64,000 bases of DNA from an uncultured Dehalococcoidia bacterium (GCA_964477845.1 CAYZES010000001.1:36426-100425); one strand, 5' to 3'; shown: positions 19,958 through 28,945, counted from the first letter of the stretch. Program-made: numbers and translations. The notes: a model not told the origin generated them from the sequence alone.

Positions 19958-21427
19958 ATGATGACGTCCAAAAACAGATACTTGATTTCCCGTGCGGCCA
20001 AGAGCGTCCTTTTGGCGCTTGCGCTCGTCCTTATGGCGGCTCTTGCGGCTTGTTCGGACGACAGCGGCACGGCGGTGGCGACGCCGAAGACGGTGGCGAC
20101 GCCGAAGGTCGAGCCTACTGTTGCCACGTCGGAAGAACCCGAACCAGAGGGTCGCGACCTTCTCGTCGTAACGACCACCAACATCGTGGCCGATTGGGTG
20201 GAGAACATAGCCGGGGACAATGTAGAGGTGTTCAGCCTGCTGCCGGTGGGTGCCGATCCCCACGGATATCAGCCCGGTGCCAGGGACGTTGCGAGGGTTG
20301 CCGACGCCGACCTGGTGCTCAGCGTAGGGCTCGGCCTGGAGGAGTCTTGGCTAAGGGAACTCCTGCAGAACGCCGCGCGCGACCCTTCGACCATAGTAGA
20401 ACTGGGCGAACTAATAGACCCGATCGAGTTCGGCGAAACTCACATAGAGGATGTCGAACTACTGGAGGGGGTCGCCCACGCCATCGAGGAGGTGGAGGCG
20501 GGTGAGATCAGCCCCGAGGAGGCATTGGAGGAGATCCGGGAGCTGCTCGAGGCCCTAGAGGAGGGCGAGCACCACGGGGATGAAGGGGCGGAGGATGAAG
20601 GCCACATGGATGAAGAGGCGGGGGATGAAGGCCACATGGATGAAGAGGCGGGGGATGAAGACCATATGGATGAAGATGAGGGTGAGGACCACGCCGAAGC
20701 AGATGAGGACGAGGGTGACGATCACGGGGATGAAGAGGGGGAGGAGGAACACGAGGAGGAGCACGGGGATGAGCTTGTCGAGATGGTGGAGGCAGTACTC
20801 GAAGAGTTCGATGAGGGTCATATCGGGGCCGACGAGGCCGTAGAGGTCCTGGAGGCCCTTTCGCACGAGGGCGAGGAAGAGCACGAGGGCCACGGCCACG
20901 GCATCCATGATCCTCACTTCTGGTTCGATCCGATTCGCGTAAAGCTCGCGGTCGACGACATAGCCGAACGCCTGTCCGCCCTGGATCCTGACCGCCGCGA
21001 CACCTACGTCGCCAATGCCTCTGCATATGGCGCAGAGCTTGACGAACTGCACACCTGGACACAGCAGCAGTTGGCAGGAGTGCCGCAGGCCAACAGGCTG
21101 CTGGTGACCTCGCATGACAGCCTTGGTTACTTCGCGAACCTCTACGATTTCGAGGTGATCGGGGTGATCCTGTCGATCACGACTGAGGCTGAGCCGTCTC
21201 CCGAAGATCTCGCCCATCTGGTCGAGGAGGTCAGGGAGTATCAGGTCCCGGCGGTGTTCGGCGAGACGACGGTGAGTGATCGCCTGGCCCAGGCGGTCGC
21301 CGCGGAATCCGGCGCGGAGTTCGTCAGGCTGTACTCCGGCTCTCTTGGAGGCGATGGCAGCGGTGCGGCCACCTATATCGGGATGGTGCGCGCCAACGTC
21401 GAGCGCATAGCCGAGGCCCTGAACTGA
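19958..21427 (+). CDS. znuA: Metal (zinc) ABC transporter substrate-binding lipoprotein with very long acidic/His-rich insertion
   Basis: Lipobox LMAALAAC. TroA/ZnuA core: VVTTTNIVADWVENIAGD, GADPHGYQP, HDPHFWFDP, LVTSHDSLGYF. The insertion is at about residues 158-317. Confidence 0.85.
   Translation: MMTSKNRYLISRAAKSVLLALALVLMAALAACSDDSGTAVATPKTVATPKVEPTVATSEEPEPEGRDLLVVTTTNIVADWVENIAGDNVEVFSLLPVGADPHGYQPGARDVARVADADLVLSVGLGLEESWLRELLQNAARDPSTIVELGELIDPIEFGETHIEDVELLEGVAHAIEEVEAGEISPEEALEEIRELLEALEEGEHHGDEGAEDEGHMDEEAGDEGHMDEEAGDEDHMDEDEGEDHAEADEDEGDDHGDEEGEEEHEEEHGDELVEMVEAVLEEFDEGHIGADEAVEVLEALSHEGEEEHEGHGHGIHDPHFWFDPIRVKLAVDDIAERLSALDPDRRDTYVANASAYGAELDELHTWTQQQLAGVPQANRLLVTSHDSLGYFANLYDFEVIGVILSITTEAEPSPEDLAHLVEEVREYQVPAVFGETTVSDRLAQAVAAESGAEFVRLYSGSLGGDGSGAATYIGMVRANVERIAEALN
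20594..20680 (+). repeat. Tandem 30-bp coding repeat (GATGAAGGCCACATGGATGAAGAGGCGGGG x2 plus a diverged third copy)
   Basis: 20594-20623 and 20624-20653 are identical; 20654-20680 is diverged. They encode DEGHMDEEAG units inside the ZnuA loop. Confidence 0.85.
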
Positions 21428-21436
21428 GGACTCCGC

Positions 21437-21471
21437 AGCTGATCGGTCCGTCCTACACGGACCGATCAGCT
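21437..21471 (+). other. Perfect 15-bp stem-loop between znuA and znuC
   Basis: AGCTGATCGGTCCGT-cctac-ACGGACCGATCAGCT, 10 nt after the znuA stop, with no U-tract. Confidence 0.6.
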
Positions 21472-21530
21472 ATCGCTGGTCGAGGGACCGGAGTGCACTG
21501 GTGAGTGGTTGACGTAATCGGACGCTGAAG

Positions 21531-22289
21531 ATGGACGCCACGCTGGGCATATCTGTCAAAGACGTAACCGTCGAGCGCCGCGGCTTCGAGGCCCTGACCG
21601 GCATAACCTTCGAGGTAGGGCGGGGAACCCTGATGGGCGTCTTGGGCCCCAATGGGGCCGGCAAGAGCACCCTCTTCGACGCGATTGCGGGAATTCTGCC
21701 CATCGCGAGCGGGACCGTGGAACTGCGTGGCGCGGATGCCCGCAACGGATCGCTGGCCTACGTCCCCCAGCGAGACAGCATCAACTGGCGTTTTCCGGCC
21801 ACCATCCTGGACGTAGTGATGATGGGGCGATCCAGCAATGTCGGATGGTTTCGTCAGCCTAGCAAGGGTGACCGGGAGATGGTGCGTGTATGTCTGGATC
21901 GAGTTGGGCTGTGGGAGCGGCGCTCGTCCCTGATGACGGAGCTGTCCGGCGGGCAGCGCCAGCGGGTGTTTATCGCAAGAGCGCTGGCCCAGGAAGCGAG
22001 CATAATCTTGCTGGACGAGGCCTTCAGCGGGGTGGACGTCGGTGCCCAAGAGGGCATCATCGAGGTTCTCCAGTCACTTCGCAACGATGGCATGATAGTT
22101 CTGCTGGCCACACATGACCTTACCAACCTGGCCGAGCGCTTCGACCAGGTGCTGTGCATCAACCGTCACGTCTGCGCATGCGGCGCACCCGAAGAGGCGT
22201 TCACGCCGAAGGTACTTGAGGAGCTCTACGGCTCGCACGGCCTGGACTTTGTGCTAAACGGGCCGGGCAGCACCACAGGCGAAGCGTAA
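21531..22289 (+). CDS. znuC: Metal ABC transporter ATP-binding protein
   Basis: Walker A GPNGAGKST, signature LSGGQRQRV, Walker B ILLDEAFSGVD. Confidence 0.85.
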   Translation: MDATLGISVKDVTVERRGFEALTGITFEVGRGTLMGVLGPNGAGKSTLFDAIAGILPIASGTVELRGADARNGSLAYVPQRDSINWRFPATILDVVMMGRSSNVGWFRQPSKGDREMVRVCLDRVGLWERRSSLMTELSGGQRQRVFIARALAQEASIILLDEAFSGVDVGAQEGIIEVLQSLRNDGMIVLLATHDLTNLAERFDQVLCINRHVCACGAPEEAFTPKVLEELYGSHGLDFVLNGPGSTTGEA

Positions 22290-23113
22290 TGGCGTTTCTG
22301 ACCGAGCCCTTCCAGTACGGGTTCATGGTGCGGGCGCTGATAGTCTCCGTGCTCGTCGGCATCATGTGCCCGGTACTCGGTGCATACGTAATCACGAGGG
22401 GACGTGCCTTCATGGGAGACGCGCTCGCCCACTCGGTGCTGCCCGGCATGGTTGTCGCCTTCATGCTGGGAATCAGCCCGTTCTTTGCGGCCGTGCCCGC
22501 TGGAATAGGGATTGCCCTGTTGATGGGTTCGGTCAGCCGACGCACTGGAGTTAGCGAGGACACCTCGATCGGCATTATCTTCGCGGGCATGTTCGCACTG
22601 GGCCTGGTGATGCTGTCGGTGGCCACCCACGTCAATGTAAACATCGAGGATCTGCTGCTGGGACAGGTTCTAGGAGTCTCGCGTAACGACGTATTCATCT
22701 CGCTCGGGCTGACCGCACTGGTAGTTGTCGGGCTGTATGCATTTCATCGTCATCTCGTGTACACGACCTTCGATCCGGTGGGTGCTACGGTTATCGGCAT
22801 TCGGACGGGCGTAATCGAGTACGTGCTGCTCGCCCTGCTGGCGCTTGTAATCATCATCGGCATACAGGCCGCCGGCATCGTCCTGGTCATGGCGATGCTC
22901 ATCACTCCGGCGGCCACCGGCTACCTCCTGGCCAAAAGGTTCGTCGGGGTCATGGTCATCGGCGCGCTGGTCGGCGCCATTTCGGCGGTGGTCGGCCTGT
23001 ATGTCTCCTTCCATGTAGACCTCCCATCGGGTCCTGCTATGGCGCTGGTGGCCACACTGGCCTTCGCGGTGGTAGCCACTGTGAAGACCAGGTGGAACGT
23101 GCGCGCACTCTAA
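22289..23113 (+). CDS. znuB: Metal ABC transporter permease (ABC-3 family)
   Basis: The start overlaps the znuC stop. 274 aa, polytopic, MGDALAHSVLPG motif typical of ZnuB/MntB-type permeases. Confidence 0.85.
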   Translation: MAFLTEPFQYGFMVRALIVSVLVGIMCPVLGAYVITRGRAFMGDALAHSVLPGMVVAFMLGISPFFAAVPAGIGIALLMGSVSRRTGVSEDTSIGIIFAGMFALGLVMLSVATHVNVNIEDLLLGQVLGVSRNDVFISLGLTALVVVGLYAFHRHLVYTTFDPVGATVIGIRTGVIEYVLLALLALVIIIGIQAAGIVLVMAMLITPAATGYLLAKRFVGVMVIGALVGAISAVVGLYVSFHVDLPSGPAMALVATLAFAVVATVKTRWNVRAL

Positions 23114-23166
23114 GGACGCCTGGGGGAGGCCCACCCCGCCCCGTAGCCCCTGCGGTGGAGCGGCAA

Positions 23167-23190
23167 GGCCGGCTCATTTCCGAGCCGGCC
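23167..23190 (+). terminator. Hairpin after znuB between convergent genes
   Basis: GGCCGGCTC-atttcc-GAGCCGGCC, a 9-bp stem with no strong U-tract. Confidence 0.35.
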
Positions 23191-23341
23191 TCAGCCGTGC
23201 CGAGCCCAATACGGAGGCCAGAAGTCCTGGTCTGCCTATCGATGATGGCGGCACTGGGCCGCCGGCGCTTCGCCTACGAGGTGGTCCAGCCAGTCCCCCA
23301 CACGGCCATGCGATCGATGAAGAACGGAGCCTGGCAGGTCG

Positions 23342-23821
23342 TCAGAACCCCCGCCAGCCAGGCAGGGCGGCCGACTGGCCGATCCACTCCGTCATCTGTA
23401 CCTCGTCCAGTTCGCCCTCATGGATGTCGACCCAGCGCGACTCCTTGTCCTTGCCTGAGCCGGGGGGCAAGGGGCTCAAGGACGCACCATTGAGAAAGGT
23501 CACCTTTACGTAGCGGGTGAAGACGTGGAAACTGACGAACCAGCCCCGGCCCTCGATGCCGTACCAGGGCGAGTTCCACCTTACGGCCTTGCGTACGTTG
23601 GGTACAGTGCGCAAGATGAGGTCATCCAGGCGGCGCCCGACGTCGCTCTTCCAGCCCGGCATGGCCGCGATGTAGGCCTGCACGGGCTCGTTGCCGTCCC
23701 CCTTCGGAATCTGAGGGTTGCCGCCCGAAAGCAGGACCACTTTGGAGCCGTCTTCCCTTGGCGCGGCGCTATGTGAGGCCTTGGCTGGCCGTCTGGAAGG
23801 CTTGTCCGTCTTTGAGTTCAA
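23342..23821 (-). CDS. DUF1801 (YdhG-like) domain protein
   Basis: AMPGWKSDVGRRLDDLILRTVPNVRKAVRWNSPWYG ... VKVTFLNGASL is the pattern I associate with DUF1801. Confidence 0.7.
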   Translation of the reverse strand: MNSKTDKPSRRPAKASHSAAPREDGSKVVLLSGGNPQIPKGDGNEPVQAYIAAMPGWKSDVGRRLDDLILRTVPNVRKAVRWNSPWYGIEGRGWFVSFHVFTRYVKVTFLNGASLSPLPPGSGKDKESRWVDIHEGELDEVQMTEWIGQSAALPGWRGF

Positions 23822-24465
23822 CTTAACCCTCTTTCTTTGAGGACCTCAGGGGACTGAACTGCGACTCTCTGGCGGTGGTTCCGGCCGTGGCGGGTCGATC
23901 AAATGACCCCGGACCGGCCGCGCGACATTCCGATCGGTAGGCAGATAGATCAAGTTTCTCATCTGGAAAGCGGGTCGCACGGCCGTTGATTGCCTGCTCC
24001 CTGGCACTGAGAGGTTGCTATTCTAGGCCACCGGCTCACCGAGCAGACCCTTGATCGTGTTGACTCTCTTGCAGGTGTCTGTCCCCCGGCCGCTTTTCCC
24101 CAGTTGGGTCGGCGCCTAGGGGAATCCGGGTTCGGGGAGCTTGGCTCGACGGAAGAATGTAGGCCTTGCTTTCTCCCTGGTGGCCGCTGGTGTGCATCCC
24201 CTCCCTGCGACCAGACGGGTTTCGCGGCCAAGCCCAATCTCTGGCCACATCCGCATCTCGTTTGGAAGTCTCAAGGGGCCTGCATCCCCAGGTCTGCAAC
24301 AGTGTCAACGTCAATGGGGCTAAGATAGCGGGGGCACTGAGAAACGGACGGCGGACCACCACCAAGAGGCAGAGTCGTCATACAGTACGCACCCATGAAG
24401 GTTGATTCGATCGCATATTCGCGCTCCATCCGCAGGAATTCGTGCATAGCGCCAGGAGGCAGGCC

Positions 24466-26043
24466 GTGCGAGTAGGCGTACTTGAGATCCTGCGTCCTGA
24501 GAGAAACAGTCATTGGTCTCATGCCGCCTACGCCTACTATTTTCTCAAGCAGTATGCCAGCGTCATGCCACAGGCGATTAGCGTTTGGTGCCGACAGATG
24601 GGTCACGACACCTACTACGCAACCTACTATGGCCAGGGCGACGCGAAGGATCTACTGCCTGACGACCTGGACGTTGTGTTCATCTCTACGTACACGCAGG
24701 CGAGCGCGCTGGCCTACGCACTCGCCAAGGTCTTCCGGCGGGACGGCGTTCTCACGGTCATCGGCGGCCCACATGCAAAGTCATTCCCGGACGACTGCCG
24801 CCGCTTCTTCGACGTGGTTGTGCTCGATTGCGATAAGTCCCTGCTTGAGGACATTTTGAGAGAGACTCCGCGGGGAGAGACCGTGACCAGCGGCCGTCAG
24901 CTGAAGGATATACCGACCGTCGAGGAGCGGATGCCGGAGATCGAGACATCGATCTTCTCCCGCGGAAGGCCATACATATCCAGCACCGTGCCGATGCTCG
25001 CGAGCATCGGCTGCCCATACGCGTGCGACTTTTGCATCGACTGGGCCAATCCGTTCATGTTGCTGCCCTTGGACAGGCTGGAGGCCGACCTGCGGTTCAT
25101 ATTCGAGAATTACCCCAAGCTATACGTCAGCTTCCACGACCCGAATTTTGCAGTTAAGTTCGACGAGCTTTTCTCGGTGTTAGAGAGGATCCCGCACAGA
25201 GGGCGCAGCTACTACATCATGGAGAGTTCCCTGTCCATCTTGCGCCCGAAGAGACTCGAAAGGCTGCGCTCCACCGGATGCCTCTACCTGGCGCCGGGGG
25301 TTGAATCCTGGAGCGCATATTCGAACAAGTCCGGCGTAGGGTCGAAACGTGCAGATCACATCAAGCTCGACCAGGTGGTCGACCATTTCCATCAGATCCG
25401 CGAGTACGTGCCCGGGATGCAGGCCAACCTGATCTTCGGGCTCGACGGCGATGAGGGAGAAAGGCCGGTCGAGCTGACAAAGGACTTCATGTCGCGCGCG
25501 CCCTTCGTGTGGCCGACCATCAATATCCCCACTCCCTTCGGTGGAACCCCTTTGTTCGACAGGTACCTAGACGAGGGGCGCATCTTGACCTCGATGCCGT
25601 TCGCTTTCTACTACGCACCTCACATCGTTACGACACTCAAGAACTACGACCCGGTCACCTACTACGAGCACCTCGTCGAAATGTACGCCCATATGGCATC
25701 TCCCCAGGTCGTGCTTAAGAGATTGGTGGCGACGCCTGGGTATCCGCTCCGTGTGCTCCACACCCTCCGCTCCCAGGGCGCATGGCGCATCCACCGGGAG
25801 TACAAGCGCATCCTTAAAGTGATGAAGACCGATCGCGACTTCAGGGCGTTTCATGAGGGGAGATCCGAGACGCTGCCTGGGTACTACGATCGCAAATTGG
25901 ACGCGGCGCTCGGCCCATACGCTGAACTGCTGACGCGAGATGACCGTCGGCCCCTGCTGCAGTCCAACGGGACTGGGGCGGTATCGGCGGAGCCGGGCAG
26001 AGCCAGGGTCCAAGCCACGACCATGGAGGTGAACGTCGGTTAG
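24466..26043 (+). CDS. B12-binding-domain radical SAM enzyme (class B), unknown substrate
   Basis: GTG 24466 lies 6 nt after AGGAGG. Rossmann-like N-domain (VVFISTYTQASALAYALAKVFRRDGVLTVIGGPHA), CxxxCxxC cluster IGCPYACDFC, C-terminal DUF4070-like region. Visibly lower GC than its neighbours. Confidence 0.85.
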   Translation: MRVGVLEILRPERNSHWSHAAYAYYFLKQYASVMPQAISVWCRQMGHDTYYATYYGQGDAKDLLPDDLDVVFISTYTQASALAYALAKVFRRDGVLTVIGGPHAKSFPDDCRRFFDVVVLDCDKSLLEDILRETPRGETVTSGRQLKDIPTVEERMPEIETSIFSRGRPYISSTVPMLASIGCPYACDFCIDWANPFMLLPLDRLEADLRFIFENYPKLYVSFHDPNFAVKFDELFSVLERIPHRGRSYYIMESSLSILRPKRLERLRSTGCLYLAPGVESWSAYSNKSGVGSKRADHIKLDQVVDHFHQIREYVPGMQANLIFGLDGDEGERPVELTKDFMSRAPFVWPTINIPTPFGGTPLFDRYLDEGRILTSMPFAFYYAPHIVTTLKNYDPVTYYEHLVEMYAHMASPQVVLKRLVATPGYPLRVLHTLRSQGAWRIHREYKRILKVMKTDRDFRAFHEGRSETLPGYYDRKLDAALGPYAELLTRDDRRPLLQSNGTGAVSAEPGRARVQATTMEVNVG

Positions 26044-26081
26044 GCGGAACCGATTGGACTGTTGGTCTGGGTCTCCATGGC

Positions 26082-26163
26082 TGGGGAAGGCGGGAGTCGA
26101 ACCCGCACGCCTTGCGGCACAGGATCCTAAATCCTGCTCGTCTACCAGTTCCGACACTTCCCC
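26082..26163 (-). tRNA. tRNA-Leu (anticodon UAG), CCA not encoded
   Basis: Minus strand GGGGAAG TG TCGGAACTGGTAGACGAG CAGGA TTTAGGA TCCTG TGCCGCAAGGCGT GCGGG TTCGACT CCCGC CTTCCCC A. 7-bp acceptor stem, long variable arm, T-loop TTCGACT. Confidence 0.9.
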
Positions 26164-26359
26164 GTGCCAGTCGCCGGTTTGATTATATCCGTGGCGTGAC
26201 CTCGGGCCGGCCAGCGTGATGTGATCCTGCGCCGTATGTACGGGAGCCCTTCTTTCCTGGATTCGCAACCGAGGTTACCGGTGTGCCGGGCCGGTCGATC
26301 AGCGAGGCGGCAGCTCCTTGAGGCCGGCTCCCGAGCAGGATGGATATAATCCAGCAGAC

Positions 26360-26491
26360 ATGTCTGACGCACCGAACAACAGGACCGGGACCCGCCTGGC
26401 CTGCGGGGAGTGCGGCGCCGAGTTCGTCGTAACCCGTGGTGGCGATGGCGACCTGACGTGCTGCGACCGGCCGCTGGTCGCCAGGAGCTAG
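26360..26491 (+). CDS. Desulforedoxin-like Cys4 micro-protein (43 aa, below the ORF-track cutoff)
   Basis: MSDAPNNRTGTRLACGECGAEFVVTRGGDGDLTCCDRPLVARS. CxxC plus adjacent CC is the desulforedoxin signature. GC-rich third positions. TATAAT lies 9 nt upstream of the ATG. Confidence 0.55.
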   Translation: MSDAPNNRTGTRLACGECGAEFVVTRGGDGDLTCCDRPLVARS

Positions 26492-26493
26492 CT

Positions 26494-26637
26494 GTGGCCA
26501 CTCAGCTAGGAAAGCGCTACAGGGCCCTGGACACCGGAGTCACCCTGCTATGCACCAAGGCCGGTGCGGGCGTGGTCAAGTGCAACGGCCAGGAAATGGT
26601 GGTCCAGCAGCCGAAACGGTTGCCATCGTCGGACTAG
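26494..26637 (+). CDS. Cys-depleted paralog of the preceding micro-protein
   Basis: GTG 26494 lies 6 nt after AGGAG and 2 nt after the previous stop. VATQLGKRYRALDTGVTLLCTKAGAGVVKCNGQEMVVQQPKRLPSSD aligns with the upstream protein but keeps only one of its four Cys positions. Confidence 0.5.
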   Translation: MATQLGKRYRALDTGVTLLCTKAGAGVVKCNGQEMVVQQPKRLPSSD

Positions 26638-26711
26638 GTAGATCTCAGGTCCACAGGCCGGCCCGCAAGGCCGCGACGACCGGGTGCGGCGGTGTTGTCC
26701 GGGGCGCCCGG

Positions 26712-27890
26712 CTACGCTGTCACCAGCACCGGCTCGCGCTGCATGGTGGTCGTAACCAGCGGACCGTCCGTGGACAGATAGACGTCGATCTCTGAGCGGA
26801 CGCCGAAGTCAGGCAGGTATATGCCAGGCTCTACGGAGAAACAGATCCCCGGAATAATCCGCCTGGTGTCCCTCGTCTCGTAGCCGTCGAGGTTGACGGC
26901 ATTGGAGTGGATCTCGCGCCCTATGCTGTGCCCTAGGCGATGCCCGAAGTAATCGCCATATCCGGCTTCGGATATGAAGTCCCTTGCAACCTTGTCCATC
27001 TCCCAGCCCATGAGCGCATCGCCCCGCAGGTGAGCTGCCTGCAGGTGCTCGACGGCCGCATCGCGCGCACCGATCACGACGTCGAAGACCTCCCGGTGTC
27101 TTGCCGGCACCTGGCGGCCGACGAAACCTGTCCAGGTGATGTCGGCGGCCATCGTGGTCTCTCCTTCCATATGGGACCACAGGTCGATCAGGACCCAGTC
27201 GCCTGCCCCGATAGACGAGGAGCCGCTGGGCGGGGGCTCGTAGTGCGGGTCGGCGGAGTTTGCGTTGGCCGCCACGACGGGGCCGTCCAGGATGGCCATG
27301 CCTTCCTCTCCAAAGCGGCGGCGAATGAACTCAGCCACCCCGTGCTCGGTAACCCCTGAGGACAGGTGCTCGGCGATGAACCGATAGGCGTCGAGCACGA
27401 TCTCCGACAGACGGTCGGCCGCCTCCCTGTGCGAGGCCAGCTGCTCCGGGCCCCATCGCTGCGTGGCGTACTGAAAAAGGTCGGCCGACGACACGACCTC
27501 CACATCGGCCTCGCGCACCAGCTCAACGGTGCCCGCGTCCACTCGGGCGGCCCGGGGAAGCTCAGCCCTGGGCGAATACTCCATCGCGACCCTCCCCGCC
27601 CCGGCCACCGCGCCGTGGACCAGTTCGATCATCTCGTCGCGGCGCGACCAGGGCCTTTTGTCGATCTGGATCGCGGCGTAACGACTCAGGTCGACCGTGC
27701 TGGGCATGAGTACGGGCGAGCCCTCCGCTGGAATCCACAGCCAGCAGGGGCGGGTCAGAAAGGACACCGGCCCGAGGGCGTCCCACATCACGGGGTTTGA
27801 GTAGCGGTAGTCGTAGATCAGCCAGCCGCCGATCTGCCGCTCGGCCATGAATTGCCGGGCCTGCTCGGCGATTCGAGAGAACTGTCTCAT
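26712..27890 (-). CDS. M24-family metallopeptidase (Xaa-Pro aminopeptidase-like)
   Basis: Met at 27890 (MRQFSRIAEQARQF). Pita-bread motifs DITWTG, HRLGHSIGREIH, FSVEPGIY. Confidence 0.85.
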   Translation of the reverse strand: MRQFSRIAEQARQFMAERQIGGWLIYDYRYSNPVMWDALGPVSFLTRPCWLWIPAEGSPVLMPSTVDLSRYAAIQIDKRPWSRRDEMIELVHGAVAGAGRVAMEYSPRAELPRAARVDAGTVELVREADVEVVSSADLFQYATQRWGPEQLASHREAADRLSEIVLDAYRFIAEHLSSGVTEHGVAEFIRRRFGEEGMAILDGPVVAANANSADPHYEPPPSGSSSIGAGDWVLIDLWSHMEGETTMAADITWTGFVGRQVPARHREVFDVVIGARDAAVEHLQAAHLRGDALMGWEMDKVARDFISEAGYGDYFGHRLGHSIGREIHSNAVNLDGYETRDTRRIIPGICFSVEPGIYLPDFGVRSEIDVYLSTDGPLVTTTMQREPVLVTA

Positions 27891-28015
27891 TGGATAGATG
27901 GGTCCAACTGCTAGGTTTGATTCCCGGCCGCCCCATGGGGCCGGGCCCATGATATCGGCACCTTGGGGCCTGCTACAATTTCGGGCCGCCCGGGGACGCG
28001 GGCCGATGCGAACCT

Positions 28016-28945
28016 ATGGGAAAGACACTGACGAACAAGTTGATGACGGCCTCAGAGGCGGTCGATCGCTTCGTACCTGCCGGGGTGGTGCTCGGCATGG
28101 GGGGGCAGAGCATCGGCCGGTGTCCGATGGCCCTGTCGTTCGAGATAGTGCGCAGGGGCAGGGGCGACCTCACGGTCGTGGGCTGCAATCTGGCGATGTC
28201 GATGGATTTGCTGGTGGGCGCGGGCCTTGTCAGGCGGACCGAATGCGGGACCGGCAACCTCGAGCGATACGGCACCGCCTTCCGCTGGCGTGCGGCCGCC
28301 GAAGCGGGCTCGATCTCCATCGGCGACTACAGCCACCTGGCCATGGCCTCGCGGTTCCTGGCGGCGTCGCTGGGCCTGCCCTTCATGCCGATAAAGAGCC
28401 TGCTGGGCTCGGACATCATCGAGACCAAGCGCACCGATGGCCCCGGAAGGGAGGTCGCCGTCATCGACGATCCCTTCTCCGATGACGCAGGGCCCGTCGC
28501 GCTGCTCCCGGCGCTGAGTCCGGATGTGTCCGTGGTTCATGCGCAGAGGGCGGATGCGCTCGGCAATTTCTCCATACAGGGCTTTTCGACGCACGAGCCC
28601 GAGATGGTCAAGGCCTCCAAGGCGGTGATCGTGAGCTGCGAGGAGCTGGTCGGGCCGGAGTATTTCCGCGATCATCCGGCCGAGACCACGGTGCCCTACC
28701 TGTTCGTCGACGCCGTTGTGATTGAGCCGTTTGGCGCCTATCCGACGTCGGTCTACGGGCACTACGAACACGACCGCGAGCACATCGTCGAGTACCAGCG
28801 TTTGGCCCGGGCAGGAGGCGAGCAGTACGCGGACTATCTGCGGCGTGCGGTCAACGAGCCGCGCGATTTCGGAGGCTTTTTGGACTGGGCGCTGACCGAC
28901 GAGAGGCGCGCGCTGCTGGTCTCGGAAATGGAGCGGATGCTGTGA
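28016..28945 (+). CDS. CoA-transferase subunit A (glutaconate CoA-transferase-like)
   Basis: KLMTASEAVDRFVPAGVVLGMGG. The A-then-B gene order is typical of family I CoA transferases. Confidence 0.8.
   Translation: MGKTLTNKLMTASEAVDRFVPAGVVLGMGGQSIGRCPMALSFEIVRRGRGDLTVVGCNLAMSMDLLVGAGLVRRTECGTGNLERYGTAFRWRAAAEAGSISIGDYSHLAMASRFLAASLGLPFMPIKSLLGSDIIETKRTDGPGREVAVIDDPFSDDAGPVALLPALSPDVSVVHAQRADALGNFSIQGFSTHEPEMVKASKAVIVSCEELVGPEYFRDHPAETTVPYLFVDAVVIEPFGAYPTSVYGHYEHDREHIVEYQRLARAGGEQYADYLRRAVNEPRDFGGFLDWALTDERRALLVSEMERML

Noticed and set aside
24240-24465. Possible cobalamin riboswitch upstream of the B12-radical-SAM gene (GCCAGGAGGCAGGCC resembles a B12 box; GGCACTGAG resembles GCCACTG)
   Set aside because: The B12-box-like string is simply the AGGAGG SD. 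The second half (GCAGGCC versus ACCTGCC) does not match, and the GGGAA / GGTG..AA.CC core elements are absent.
23100-26163. Genomic island integrated at tRNA-Leu
   Set aside because: The lower GC of the rSAM gene is real. However, I found no integrase, no direct repeat of the tRNA 3' end and no other mobile-element gene, so I report only the compositional shift.
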